From the NCBI RefSeq assembly GCF_001194135.2, contig NC_068985.1, positions 32,034,803-32,081,161 on the forward strand: 46,359 bases of DNA, in the 5' to 3' direction. The stretch is from Octopus bimaculoides. Its lineage: Eukaryota. Shown here piece after piece: positions 9,965 through 20,956 of this stretch; position 1 is the first letter of the stretch; each line of letters begins with the position of its first letter. The translations under genes were made by a program, and so were the position numbers. The notes under the pieces are model-generated. The model did not search any database and had not been told where the DNA came from. It was given only the letters and a program-made list of their open reading frames with translations.

Positions 9965-10402
9965 TGTTTGTGGGTGAGTTTGTGGAGTAGTTAGCTAACT
10001 CCTCCTACATTGTTTTATCGATTTTGATGAAACTTGACACATGAATAGAACTCATGTCTGGAAACCTCAGGGCATACTCAGATTGTTGAAAAAAATCGAT
10101 AATAGGACCCCCGGAAGGGATCCTTATATATCTATAATATATTTCATTTTAACAGCCAAGGGAAATAACCCATTCGCCGCTGAAATGGATCCTTATATAT
10201 AGCCAAGGGAAACAACCCATTCATTTTCCTAAATTATTTGGTATAAATCAAATTGAGTATGCTTATTTCTTAATATATGAACTGTTAGAGTTATTTTTGC
10301 AATTTATCCAGTACAACCCTTAAACAAGTAAATAACATTTTCCTAAACAATAGATCCACTTATTTCGGTTAGTGACTTATTCACGAACATGGCAACACTA
10401 GT
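9965..10402 (+). mobile_element. Possible non-autonomous Helitron/Helentron-type (DINE/HINE-like) element in FOLR intron 1
   Basis: tctgtttgtgg...gctaactcctcctac...atcgattttgatgaaacttgacac core, internal direct repeat (ggatccttatata...agccaagggaaa.aacccattc x2), possible CTAGT end at ~10398-10402. Confidence 0.4.
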
Positions 10403-11027
10403 CCCACTGAGGGTAATATTCTCTGGGAACGCGCGAAAGCCCTATAATATAACCCTTAGTTTTAAAAATTAGTATAAAATTAGAATGTCCTATAACATCA
10501 ATATTCCTTTAGCTAATACCAGGTATCAGTCTTTGTTGATACTAGCTAAATGAGTAAATGTATAATTTTTAGTTTAGTATACTTTGAATTATTATACACT
10601 TTCTGTAAATCTTCTCTACTGATGTTAATAAGGTATATATACTTTATCATGTTTTTAGTGATTAAGCTATTTTATTCCTTTTCTATGGTGTTCTGCCCTA
10701 CCTGATTATTTAATTTTTTTATTATTTTATACAGCCTTTATAATAAGTCTAATTTTTGTACCTCTATAAATTCGTACTTAGCTTATATAAAACAATACTG
10801 GTATATTCACTACTTAAAATAAACTGCTTAGATTATAATTAAATTAATATATAGTTAGCATGTTCTTTTACCTCAGTACCAAAGAAAGGGTGAAAGTTAC
10901 TTGTACAGAGAAATTGTCTTGGAAAGTATGCGTAAAATTGAAGGGGGAAGGGTGATAAGAAACGGAAAATAAATAAACTGACAGGTATTTGTATGTATGT
11001 ATGTATTAGTGTGTATTCTCTCTATAC

Positions 11028-11645
11028 CATCATCATCATCATCATTGTTTAACGTCCACTTTCCATGCTAGTATGGGTTGGACAATTTGACTGAGGACTG
11101 GTGAACCAGGTGGCTACACCAGGCTCCAATCTGATTTGGCAGAGTTTCTATAGCTGGATGCCCTTCCTAACGCCAACCACTCTGAGAGTGTAGTGGGTGC
11201 TTTTACGTGCCACCGGCACGAAGGCCAGTCAGGCGGTACTGGCAACAGCCACGCTCGAAATGGTGTTTTACGTGCCACCTGCACAGGAGCCAGTCCAGCG
11301 GCACTGGCAACGATCTTGCTCGAATGTCTTTTCACGCGCCACCGATCACGCTCGAACGGTGCTATTTACGTGCCACTGGCACGGAAGCCAGACAGCTGCT
11401 CTGGCAACGATCTTGCTCGGACGGTGCTCTTAGTGCTCCACTGGTATAGGTGCCATCACGATTTCGCTTTTACTTGCCCCAGCAGGTCTTCGTAATCCGA
11501 GTTTAGTGTTCAATGAAAGAGACATTGGCATGGATGCCAGTCATCAAATTTAGTTTGATTTCACTTGCCTCAACAGGTCTTCGCAAGCGGAGTTTAGTGT
11601 CCAGTGAAGGAATGTTACGTGTAAGTGGGCTGGCTACATCCCTGG
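11028..11645 (-). mobile_element. RTE LINE 3' UTR/tail fragment
   Basis: (CAT)n tail plus gtttaacgtccactttccatgc...gctggatgcccttcctaacgccaaccactc; internal gtgcca-based tandem units; same family as 20957-21600. Confidence 0.85.
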
Positions 11646-11699
11646 CCAGCATATTTACTGACACAGGCATGCTAGTCACTTCCTAAAATATTCCTAAAA

Positions 11700-11888
11700 C
11701 ACTAAATATAAGGCATTAATGGAAAGCCAGTGACATGTAAAACTCACTCATGCTGGTGACTGTGGAATTGTTGGTGGTAGGAAGAAACCAAGCCAAAACA
11801 GTCTGGTGCTGCTTTTCAGCTTACCAGTTCTTGTCAAACTCTTTAATCCATGCCAGCATGGAAAATGTATGTTAAATGATGATGATGA
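11700..11888 (+). mobile_element. Decayed repeat ending in an RTE-type tail
   Basis: ...atccatgccagcatggaaaatgtatgttaaatgatgatgatga. Confidence 0.6.
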
Positions 11889-12409
11889 ATGAAATTTCCT
11901 TGAAAGTAAATAGAATCAACTTGAAGGTATATGAAAAGGAGATTCTGAATTTTATAGGCTATCAGCATTCTGTACGTAAAAACATTTATTGTAACATATT
12001 CTTTGAGAAGAAAGATATCAAGGGTAACAGTTTCAGACAACCAGCTAATGGGTCAGCCATTTATATTATATTACCTGTACTGCATCATATCTGTAACTAA
12101 ACCCCTTTGTTCTTAATAGCAAGTTCTTTATTCTTTAAGTAGATATTCTAGGAGTGCAATTGAATACTGCAAGTAGTAGCATTAATGTAATGTAGAATTA
12201 ACAATTATTTTGTTAGATTACAGTGCTGAGTCAGTTCCTTTTATTGGAAAAGTCACTTGTGTTCTGTTCAAAAGATTTTGTCACACATTTACTTAATGTT
12301 ATAGAATCCAGAGCTGAGTCCCTATGGATTGTTGGGATTGGGAAATGATTAATTACTTAGGAGAAAGTGTTAACTTTTAGCTATATAAGAAAATCTCTTT
12401 GTGAGAATT

Positions 12410-12565
12410 GGTTTCAAATTTTGGCATTGGCCAGCTATTTTGAGAAGGGATAAGTTTATTACTGGTGCTTATTTTATTGACCTCAAAAGGATGAAAGGTG
12501 AATTTGACCTCAGCAAAATTTGAACTCACAACATAAAGACAGATGAAATGCCACTAAGCATTTTG
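12410..12565 (-). mobile_element. 5'-truncated tRNA-derived SINE with a 14-bp TSD
   Basis: tctttgtgagaatt at 12396-12409 and 12566-12579; body homologous to 19902-20115. Confidence 0.8.
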
Positions 12566-13571
12566 TCTTTGTGAGAATTAAGCATGAATTTTTACCATTA
12601 TGCATTGATTGATGAGGTGCAGCTCAAATAAGCAAGATGTAAGATTTATACACTTGATATATATTAGTTGATATTAAAGTATGCATTTAATTCCCTTCCC
12701 TTGAGGCAAAATGGACTTTAAACATATTCTCAGTTATGATGGCTTTAAAATGTTTTTCCTTTGCTTATTTTAAATAATGTAGGAAAATGAATTGAAAACC
12801 TATAATTTTACTTTGTTGCTGATAACATGGAAAATCAGGGAAAAGGATGTATTTAATAATTAAACAAAAAAAAAACCTTTACAAATATATATAGAAAATG
12901 CAAAGTGTAACTCAATTTCAGCTGATATTTTTCCTTATGACTTGTCCTAATATATTATCGATAACTATTGATAATCGAGCATTGTTTAAGAAATAAGGTA
13001 TTCATATTAAACACTCCTGCTTAATAAATCATGCACTATACATAAATCACACTTTATTTACTAGCTTTGGCAACTAGAGTTGTTGTTTAGATCCAGATCA
13101 ACCTTAAATGAAAAAAATCTGTTACCAAAAGGCATTCCATCTATGATTATCCTGCATTTATAGAACTCCCTTTATCTGTCTTATCTTATTCAAGATGGCA
13201 GGCAGTGATTTAAGAATGATCTGGTTGCATTTCTAGCAGTTCATGCAACTAAGTAGCTTCAAGGAAACTATAGATATTCCACTTGCTAATAACATGGATG
13301 GTAAAAAAATTAAATGGTTAAATTATTTACTTGTTAATTAGCAATTCATCCTTACTGACCAATATTTTTAATATATTGCCTATTTTGGAAAATCATACTC
13401 TACAACAGTATTATTTTAATATATTGAAGCATCTTTGAAAAACAATTTGTTTCTATCATGCTTTCCTTTCCTTTCTTTCATGCTTTTCCTTTTTCTTTAT
13501 TTTCTTGCATATTTTTCTATATTTTCTTTTGTACAAATTTAATGTTCTTTGCTTGATTAATTAATTTTTAG

Positions 13572-13754
13572 TGTTCTCCATGGAAGAAATCGTCTTGTTG
13601 TCAGGCAAATGTAACTGAAAAAGTTCATAAAGAGACTTTGTACAAATTTAATTTTCATCACTGCAAGAAACTTTCAAAACGTTGTTTACAACATTTCATC
13701 CAAGATTTGTGCTTCTATCAGTGTACACCAAATGGTGGACCATGGATTCATAAG
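13572..13754 (+). CDS. FOLR: Folate receptor-like, coding exon 2
   Basis: CSPWKKSSCCQANVTEKVHKETLYKFNFHHCKKLSKRCLQHFIQDLCFYQCTPNGGPWIHK; tttag| acceptor and |gttagt donor; 183 nt. Confidence 0.95.
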
Positions 13755-14275
13755 GTTAGTTATATTAGGATTTAAAACTTGAATATTTTAAAGTTAGTTC
13801 GCTGTATTAATATGGAATCAGTGTCTCAAATATAACTGTTCCAACATATTTGGTGGAGCTGTGCTAATGGTTTTCATACAAATCAGTTCAAATATTGTTT
13901 AGATTCTTTTAAAAAGAGTTTGAAATAAAATTTAACCATTATAACTGTGATATAATTTAATCATAAGTGTCAAAATTGCTTTTGTAACACATGAAATATT
14001 TTCATCCTTATTTTGGAATTTCTTTTCATGATGGCATGAGTTGTGTTGTCTGCAACCCAAATTTCATATAGTATCTACTATCTTAACTATTTTCTATCAG
14101 TACCTCAAAAATATGAAAGAATTATTACATTCTTAAGATAGTAAAAATCAATAAGAAGAATTTGCACCTTGCCTTGACTACAATAATAAAAATAGAAAAC
14201 TCCAGGAGATTGACTTTTAAGTAGTGCTATATAGAAATACCATAGTGACTTCTATTCAAACTGATATACTGACAG

Positions 14276-14414
14276 GAATCCAACATGAAAATACGAAAAG
14301 AAAGATATTTTGAACTTCCACTGTGTCAAGATACTTGTGGAGAGTGGTGGGATAGCTGTAAAGATGATGAAACTTGCAGTGAAAATTGGATGCGAGGTTT
14401 CAATTGGACAACAG
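14276..14414 (+). CDS. FOLR: Folate receptor-like, coding exon 3
   Basis: ESNMKIRKERYFELPLCQDTCGEWWDSCKDDETCSENWMRGFNWTT; acag| acceptor and |gtaatt donor; 139 nt. Confidence 0.95.
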
Positions 14415-14774
14415 GTAATTTTTCATATTGAGTCAATACTTTGTCATTCAAGAACCCTGTTTATCTTATTGGCAACAACAACCTTTTCAGGTTTAATGAA
14501 ATTACTTCAAAAGTAGGTGTCACATCATCCTACTCATAACAGTCTTCACTTTGAACATATCATCCATTTTCATACAAAAATAGACATGTTTCCTGCATAC
14601 GTTGGCCACTGTATTTGGTATTCTTCCATTTATATTAATTTTAGAACATATTCTACATTCAATAGACTATACTCAACTTATTCTAGTTCATTCCTGTTAA
14701 TTCTCATCACATACTGCTTATGTTCTAGTATCATTTTACATCACCTATATTCTACTTCTGTTATCTTTTACTTG

Positions 14775-14975
14775 TTTCTAGTCTGTGGCCATGCTGGGGC
14801 ACTGCCTTGAAAGGTTTTAGTCAAACAAATCGACCCCAATAGTTATTTCAAAGCCTGGTACTTATTCTGAACTGCTGATTTATGGGGATGTAAACAAATC
14901 CACCCAGGTTGTCAAGCAGTAGTGGTGGATAAACACTAACACACTTGTACACATACATACATACATACATACATA
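14775..14975 (-). mobile_element. SINE 3' half (FOLR intron 3) ending in (ACAT)n
   Basis: gtctgtggccatgctggggcactgccttgaaagg...gacccc...aaagcctggta near-identical to 15210-15300. Confidence 0.75.
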
Positions 14976-15199
14976 TACACCTGACTTACAGGTATTTTAA
15001 CACTAGGTGAATTGATAAGAACATATTTTCTTACACCTATAAGCATAGCCAATCCATGAAGGGGCAAAACACATACCTTGTGTATGTGTGTTTGATATTG
15101 CTTATATGCCTTGATCTGCTTTTAATGCATTTGAATTTTTTGCATGGTATGAAATGCTGGAACATACCAGCAGATGGTTACCATTTTCCATTGTATTTG

Positions 15200-15545
15200 T
15201 TTCACTCATTGGTCTGTGGCCATGCTAGGGCACTGCCTTGAAAGGTTTCAATCAAACAGATTGACCCCAGTACTTATTGTTTCAAAGCCTGGTATTTATT
15301 CTATTGGTCTCTTTCACTGAATCATTAAGTTATGGGGACATAAAGAAACCAACACTATTTGTCAAGCAGTAGTGGTGGACAGACACATAATGACAAGCTT
15401 CTTCCAGTTTCTCTCTATGACATCCACTCACAATGCTTTGGTTGGCCTGGTGTTATAGTGGAAGACACTTACCTAGGGTGCCACATACTGGGAATGAATC
15501 TGGAACTATGTGACTAGAAAACAAACTTCTTATCGAGCCACACCT
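15200..15545 (-). mobile_element. Near full-length tRNA-derived SINE (FOLR intron 3)
   Basis: Decayed tRNA-like head at the right end (minus strand ...gttccagattcattcccagtatgtggcacc); body shared with 14775-14975 and 16290-16425. Confidence 0.7.
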
Positions 15546-16242
15546 ATGCCTCCTTTTTTGGGGGGAAGAAGAAACCAATTATTTTCTGCATACCAGTGAA
15601 TTTCTCTCATCATTTTATATCTGTTCTATGACTAACTTTATTTCCATGGTTAATTGCATTACCTAAAGAACTTATATGTTACTTATATGGAAGATAACTC
15701 CTTTGTTGAATCCTTAATGACACTAGCCTCAGTTCTAAACTGGTTTCTTTAACATTAAGTTAATTCTTTATTGGAGAAGACATTAGTTTATCATCAAGTG
15801 CGCCGGAACAACTATCATCTATTCTTTACAATGAAGCAAACAAATTTGCAGTATAGTGTCCTGCTTAAGTACATAATAAAACATTTGTAATGGATTTGAT
15901 GTCCCAAATAAAACAGATATATACAAAAAGGAGGAGAACAAGTTAATTTGGGAAAATGAAATCTTGTTCTGCAAGTAATAAAGTAAGGCAATTGCTGTGC
16001 TGATGACACCTATTGAGGTAGAAACATTTACATTGCTGTCTTCATATCTCCAGACACTCAGATTGTCTTTTCCTTAAATGGCATATCAGTTTTGGAGAAC
16101 CCTTGTTTCTTTTGATTATGTCCCTTCTCATTTGAAGTTGATCCCAGTTGTCACCAAGTACTTGTGTTACTTTCTCAAGAATTTATCTTGTATGGTACTT
16201 AGTATATATTCTTATATGACTTTCTTGAATGTGTGTGTTTGT

Positions 16243-16280
<38 letters not shown>

Positions 16281-16425
16281 TTAACGTCCACTCCTTTTCC
16301 AGTTTCCATCTACCAGATCCATTTACAAGGCTTTGGTTGGCTTGGGGTTATAGTAGAAGATATTATGGCCCAAGGTGCCATGCAGTAGGACTGAACCCTG
16401 AAACCACACACTTGGAAATCAAACT
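16243..16425 (-). mobile_element. (CAT)13 RTE-type tail fused to a SINE 5' half
   Basis: (atc)n run then ttaacgtccac...ttccatctaccagatccatttacaaggctttgg...ggactgaaccc. Confidence 0.65.
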
Positions 16426-16591
16426 TGTGTGTGTGGTATTCAAAAAGTTCAATGTTAGTACAAAAAATAATTCAGAAAGTAAACACTTTTTACTTTCTTA
16501 TAAACAAATAAAGGAATGATTTTTTTTTTTGTTTCTCAATGAAATTATGAGTGTTGTTCTTCATAATCTTTACATTTTATTTTAATTGCAG

Positions 16592-16896
16592 AAACGAATA
16601 CTTGCATAACTGGAAGTAAATGTCAAAAAATTTCAGAGGTATTTAAGACATCTACTAACTTTTGTGAAAAGGTTTGGGATCATTCATGGAAAGTAGTTTC
16701 TCAAAAACCTTGTTTTGTTCTTTGGTTTGATGAAAAGAATGGAAATCCAAACAATCAAGTAGCTTTTACAAAAGCTTATGAATTAACATCTGAAGCTTCT
16801 TATCTAAAATCTTACAGCTATTCATTAGCTTTTATGATAGTGTATAATTTTATTTCTGCCTTTGTTTTGCAATATTCATATTGTGATATTTTGTGA
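16592..16896 (+). CDS. FOLR: Folate receptor-like, coding exon 4 (GPI-signal-like C-terminus, stop)
   Basis: (E)TNTCITGSKCQKISEVFKTSTNFCEKVWDHSWKVVSQKPCFVLWFDEKNGNPNNQVAFTKAYELTSEASYLKSYSYSLAFMIVYNFISAFVLQYSYCDIL*; ttgcag| acceptor; TGA 16894-16896. Confidence 0.93.
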
Positions 16897-17056
16897 TGAA
16901 AGAAATACTGTTGTACTTTCATGGTGAAGGATGACAGGCAAAATTCACTATAAATCAAATAACCAATGCTATTAGTATATCCCATTAGAGAGTTATTCTA
17001 CATGACAAACTTAGCATAACGAATGTTTCTGCTTAGTGGATGCCACATTTGACAAC

Positions 17057-18324
17057 TGAGGGTCAGCTGTAAAGTGCATAGACTGATCAAGATACTCGCA
17101 TGCAATGCGACCAATGAGGTTTATTTTTTAACAAGACCTTTTGCAGTCCCCTCACATCTATCACTGTTGCAGTGCTTGGATTCAATTGGTTAAAAAGTGT
17201 CATCACCAGTAGATATGACATCATCACCACTGCAATACTGGTTCCCAGCCAGGTGCTTTTTCATGTTGGGGAACAAGTAATGGTCAGATAGGACCAAATC
17301 AGGAGAACAGGGAGTGTGATCAGCCAGTTCAAAGCAACAGTCATGCACAGCAACCATTGAAAGGAAAGACTTGTGTACTCCATTTACAAGGCTTTGATTG
17401 GTTTGGGACTATCTTTGGAAGTAGCAAGACTCCTTTCATCAGTTTTCCTGGGTGTTTGGTCTTGATAGCCTTTTGTAACTGCCTTAGCAAACTGAAATAG
17501 TATTCTTCATTGATGGTGTGGTTGTTTTGAAGATAATAAACACAATTCCTTTCTCATCCCAAAAAACTGAGGCCATCACATTCTCTGCAGATAAAATTAC
17601 CTCTGCCTTTTCTAGAGCAGGTGAGTAAGGGTGTTTCCACTGCATGTATTGTCTGTTTATCTCTGACTGAAAGTGATAAGCCAACACTCATCCTGTGTTA
17701 GGTAATGTTCAACGAAACCAGCTGGATTTGCCTTGAACAATATCAAATTTTCTTGTGATATGATCAGTCTGGTGCACTTTTGATCAGGTGTCAGATGTGG
17801 CATCCACTAAGCAGAAACATTCATCATGCCAAGTTTGTTGTGTAGAATAACTCTCTAATGGGATATGCTAATAGTATTGGCTATTTGATTTATAGTGAAT
17901 TGCCTGTCATCCTTCACCATGTGATGAACATGATGAATGTTTTCTTTGGTGATGGTAGTTATAGGATGTCCAGACCTTGGGTCATCTTCAAGACTCTCCC
18001 TTCTCCTCCTAAGTTCAGCTGCCCACTTTTGTACTGTTGATAAAGGTGGAGCAGCATTCCATAATGTAGCAACCATGTCACTATATATGCCCTAGGGATC
18101 TAAACCCTTTTTTCTACTGGTTCTTGATAACACCATGAATTCAAATTTTGTCTATCTTCAAGTGAAGTCACTACTAATTACTTTTGAAGTTTTCTTTGAA
18201 CAATGAGATGTTAGTTAACTTGGAAACAAACAATGTAGTTATTAAGAAGGAGAAGTGACATTAATGCAGGCAACATTTCACAGCTCTAGCATACTCAGCC
18301 TAAGAACGTTTCAGCCCACCCTTG
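17057..18324 (-). mobile_element. Full-length (~1.27 kb) decayed mariner (Tc1/mariner) element
   Basis: Transposase remnants TVQKWAAELRRRRESLEDDPRSGHP, VMASVFWDEKGIVFI and YSPDLVLSDHYLFPNMKK; degenerate TIRs tgagggtcagctgtaaagtgcatagactga / tcagcctaagaacgtttcagcccacccttg|ta. Confidence 0.85.
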
Positions 18325-19195
18325 TAGTTATTTAATTATAATAGCAATTTAAGTAATAACAGCTCATAACCTTATTGATAGGGATATATCCCTTAACAAC
18401 CAAAGAAGAAGTGAATGATAGTAGGGAGACGGTGTCAGAGACATCATCTTTCAATAAGATCAAAGAGTGTGACAAATGAACTTTTACAAGTTATTTAATT
18501 TAACTAAACATAAAACTGAAGTGAAATATAACCAGTGTGTGTTTCATTTAGTAGTATGATCCTCCAACACTATAAAAATGTAATAATTCTATGCTTTTAA
18601 AACTAGATTATATTTTCCTTATAAAATTACCTGAAATTTTGTATTTTTCAAATGAATAAAGTTATTTTTTAATACTTTTTATATGAATTTGAATCTTAAT
18701 GAAGCTTAACTACATAAAATTTAACTTAAATTCTCTAATACATGTTCTTCATGCATAAAAATATGTATTAGAAATTTTAAATTGTATGATATGTAATTTA
18801 CTCTAGCCATTACAGTTTGTGACTGATTTAAATAGCATTTACTCTGCAATTTTCTTAGTAGGTGGAAGGGTGTTGGATTCTTGTCCTCTAAAAAGTGGCC
18901 AACGAGTTATAAAAATGTCAGGATAAACTCGCTTTTTAAAAATATTTGTTTATTTCCAAAATGTAGATGTTACAAACAGTAGTTTAACTTCCGATTTATC
19001 CATATGAGCATGGTTTGCATGAGAATTGATTTGAAGCAGGATTTTATAGCTGGATACTTTTCTTGTTGCCACTACTGATTTTAAATATTAATCATCCTGT
19101 CTAAAAGGAATCTAACATTTTTTTGTTCTCATGATAAGGAAAGTACTGACATTCCCTCTTTCACACACTCATGCATACATGTATATGCATTTATA

Positions 19196-19575
19196 CATCA
19201 TCATCATCATTTAATGTCCATTTTCCATGCTGGCATGGGCTGGAAAGTTTGACAGGAGCTGGCAAGACAGAGTTGGCCCAAGCTCCATTGTCTGTTTTGG
19301 CATGGTTTCTATGGTTGGATGCCCTTTGTAACGTTAATCACTATACAGTGTACTGGGTGCTTTTTATGTGGCACCAGTACCAATGTTTTTATGTGGCACT
19401 AGCACCAATGCTTTTTATGTGGTACCAGCACCAGTACTTTTTTATGTCTACCAGTACCAGTGCTTTTTATGTGGCACCAGCGTTAGTGCTTTTACATGGC
19501 ACCAGCACTAGTGCTTTTGATGTGGCACTGTCACTGACAAGGTCACCAAGTACCTTGCAAGACAAAAGAAGGTAA
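19196..19575 (-). mobile_element. RTE LINE 3' UTR/tail with ~21-23-bp tandem array
   Basis: (CAT)n tail; tgctttttatgtggcaccag-type unit repeated about 7 times (19360-19530). Confidence 0.8.
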
Positions 19576-19901
19576 GAGTTCTTCAACTAGGAGGAAGGGT
19601 GGCTTTGTGCCAATTGATGGAGAGATCAAAAGTATAGAGTAGATACATGGATACCCCACTTAGAATAGAAAGGCAAGTGAGGTAAAGAGAAGATTGAAAA
19701 AGTGGGTGAGTCAGAGAATAAGATAAAGAGAGCAATAGGGAGAGAGTTGGTGGCAAAAATGTGTGAGGACATGCACCTGAGGGATGTTGGAAGTGCTGAA
19801 AATAAGTGAAGTGATGCAGAGGTTTGGTATCATGAAGAATTGTGGTGATGTACAAATCCATGATGTAATCCAAGATAGTATTCAACTGTTTGCTTAAAAT
19901 T

Positions 19902-20115
19902 CTTTTTTCTCTAGGCACAAGGCCTGAAATTTTGGTGGAGGGGGACAGTCGATTAGATTGACCCCAGTACGCAACTGGTACTTAATTTATCAACCCTGAA
20001 AGAATGATAGGCAAAATCGACCTTGGCAGCATTTGAACTCAGAACGTAAAGACAGATGAAATACCGCTAAGCATTTCACCCGGTGTGCTAACAATTCTGC
20101 CAGCTTGCCACCTTG
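19902..20115 (-). mobile_element. Full-length tRNA-derived SINE with a 15-bp TSD
   Basis: Minus strand A-box-like tggcagaattgttag and B-box-like gagttcaaatgc; TSD tgtttgcttaaaatt at 19887-19901 and 20119-20133. Confidence 0.9.
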
Positions 20116-20871
20116 AATTGTTTGCTTAAAATTAAATAGAAGAAACTAATCCAAAGTGTGAGATTCATCAATGATCAAAGGAATTGGTTAGATATTTGTG
20201 TAAGGTTCATGTGAAGATGTGATAAATATACGACAAAGATACAAAGAAGAAAAGAAATGCAGAAAGGATAAATTCACATTCGATGTTATTAGTTTGATGC
20301 TTGAGGGACGGGAAAGACTCAATGGTTATAACATTTTNNNNNNNNNNNNNNNNNNNNNNNNNNNNNNNNNNNNNNNNNNNNNNNNNNNNNNNNNNNNNNN
20401 NNNNNNNNNNNNNNNNNNNNNNNNNNNNNNNNNNNNNNNNNNNNNNNNNNNNNNNNNNNNNNNNNNNNNNNNNNNNNNNNNNNNNNNNNNNNNNNNNNNN
20501 NNNNNNNNNNNNNNNNNNNNNNNNNNNNNNNNNNNNNNNNNNNNNNNNNNNNNNNNNNNNNNNNNNNNNNNNNNNNNNNNNNNNNNNNNNNNNNNNNNNN
20601 NNNNNNNNNNNNNNNNNNNNNNNNNNNNNNNNNNNNNNNNNNNNNNNNNNNNNNNNNNNNNNNNNNNNNNNNNNNNNNNNNNNNNNNNNNNNNNNNNNNN
20701 NNNNNNNNNCTTGTCATTGTAGTTTTGTGGCATGAAACAAATCAGGCCTTGCTGTCCATTCAAGAAAACACTGTAAATGATCCACAGGCACTCAAGCAAA
20801 CTGAGTCTTCAACATTTTCTGTTTACCAAAAAAGGTTTGCAAGATACCAGCAAGCCCCAGGAGCTTATATG

Positions 20872-20910
<39 letters not shown>

Positions 20911-20956
20911 CTGTAAATGTAGAACTTTGGAAGGAGTACTCAGCATCACATTGTTC

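Larger units (their letters stand above)
9114..16896 (+). other. FOLR: Folate receptor family gene span (4 coding exons, 777 nt, 258 aa)
   Basis: Four GT-AG-bounded exons splice in frame (phases 0,0,1) to a FOLR/riboflavin-binding-family protein. Confidence 0.95.

Noticed and set aside
18301-18326. Second hammerhead (aacgtttcagc)
   Set aside because: No CUGANGA core; it is the mariner TIR.
19340-19530. CRISPR-like array
   Set aside because: Head-to-tail degenerate units without unique spacers, in a eukaryotic LINE 3' UTR; no cas genes.
19580-19870. CR1/L2-like 3' fragment (FLPPTLSLL...)
   Set aside because: Only a faint resemblance to SFFPRTxxLWNxLP; too decayed to support.
19982-20115. 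tRNA gene
   Set aside because: Only A/B-box-like head sequence; no cloverleaf, and it is flanked by a TSD, so it is a SINE.
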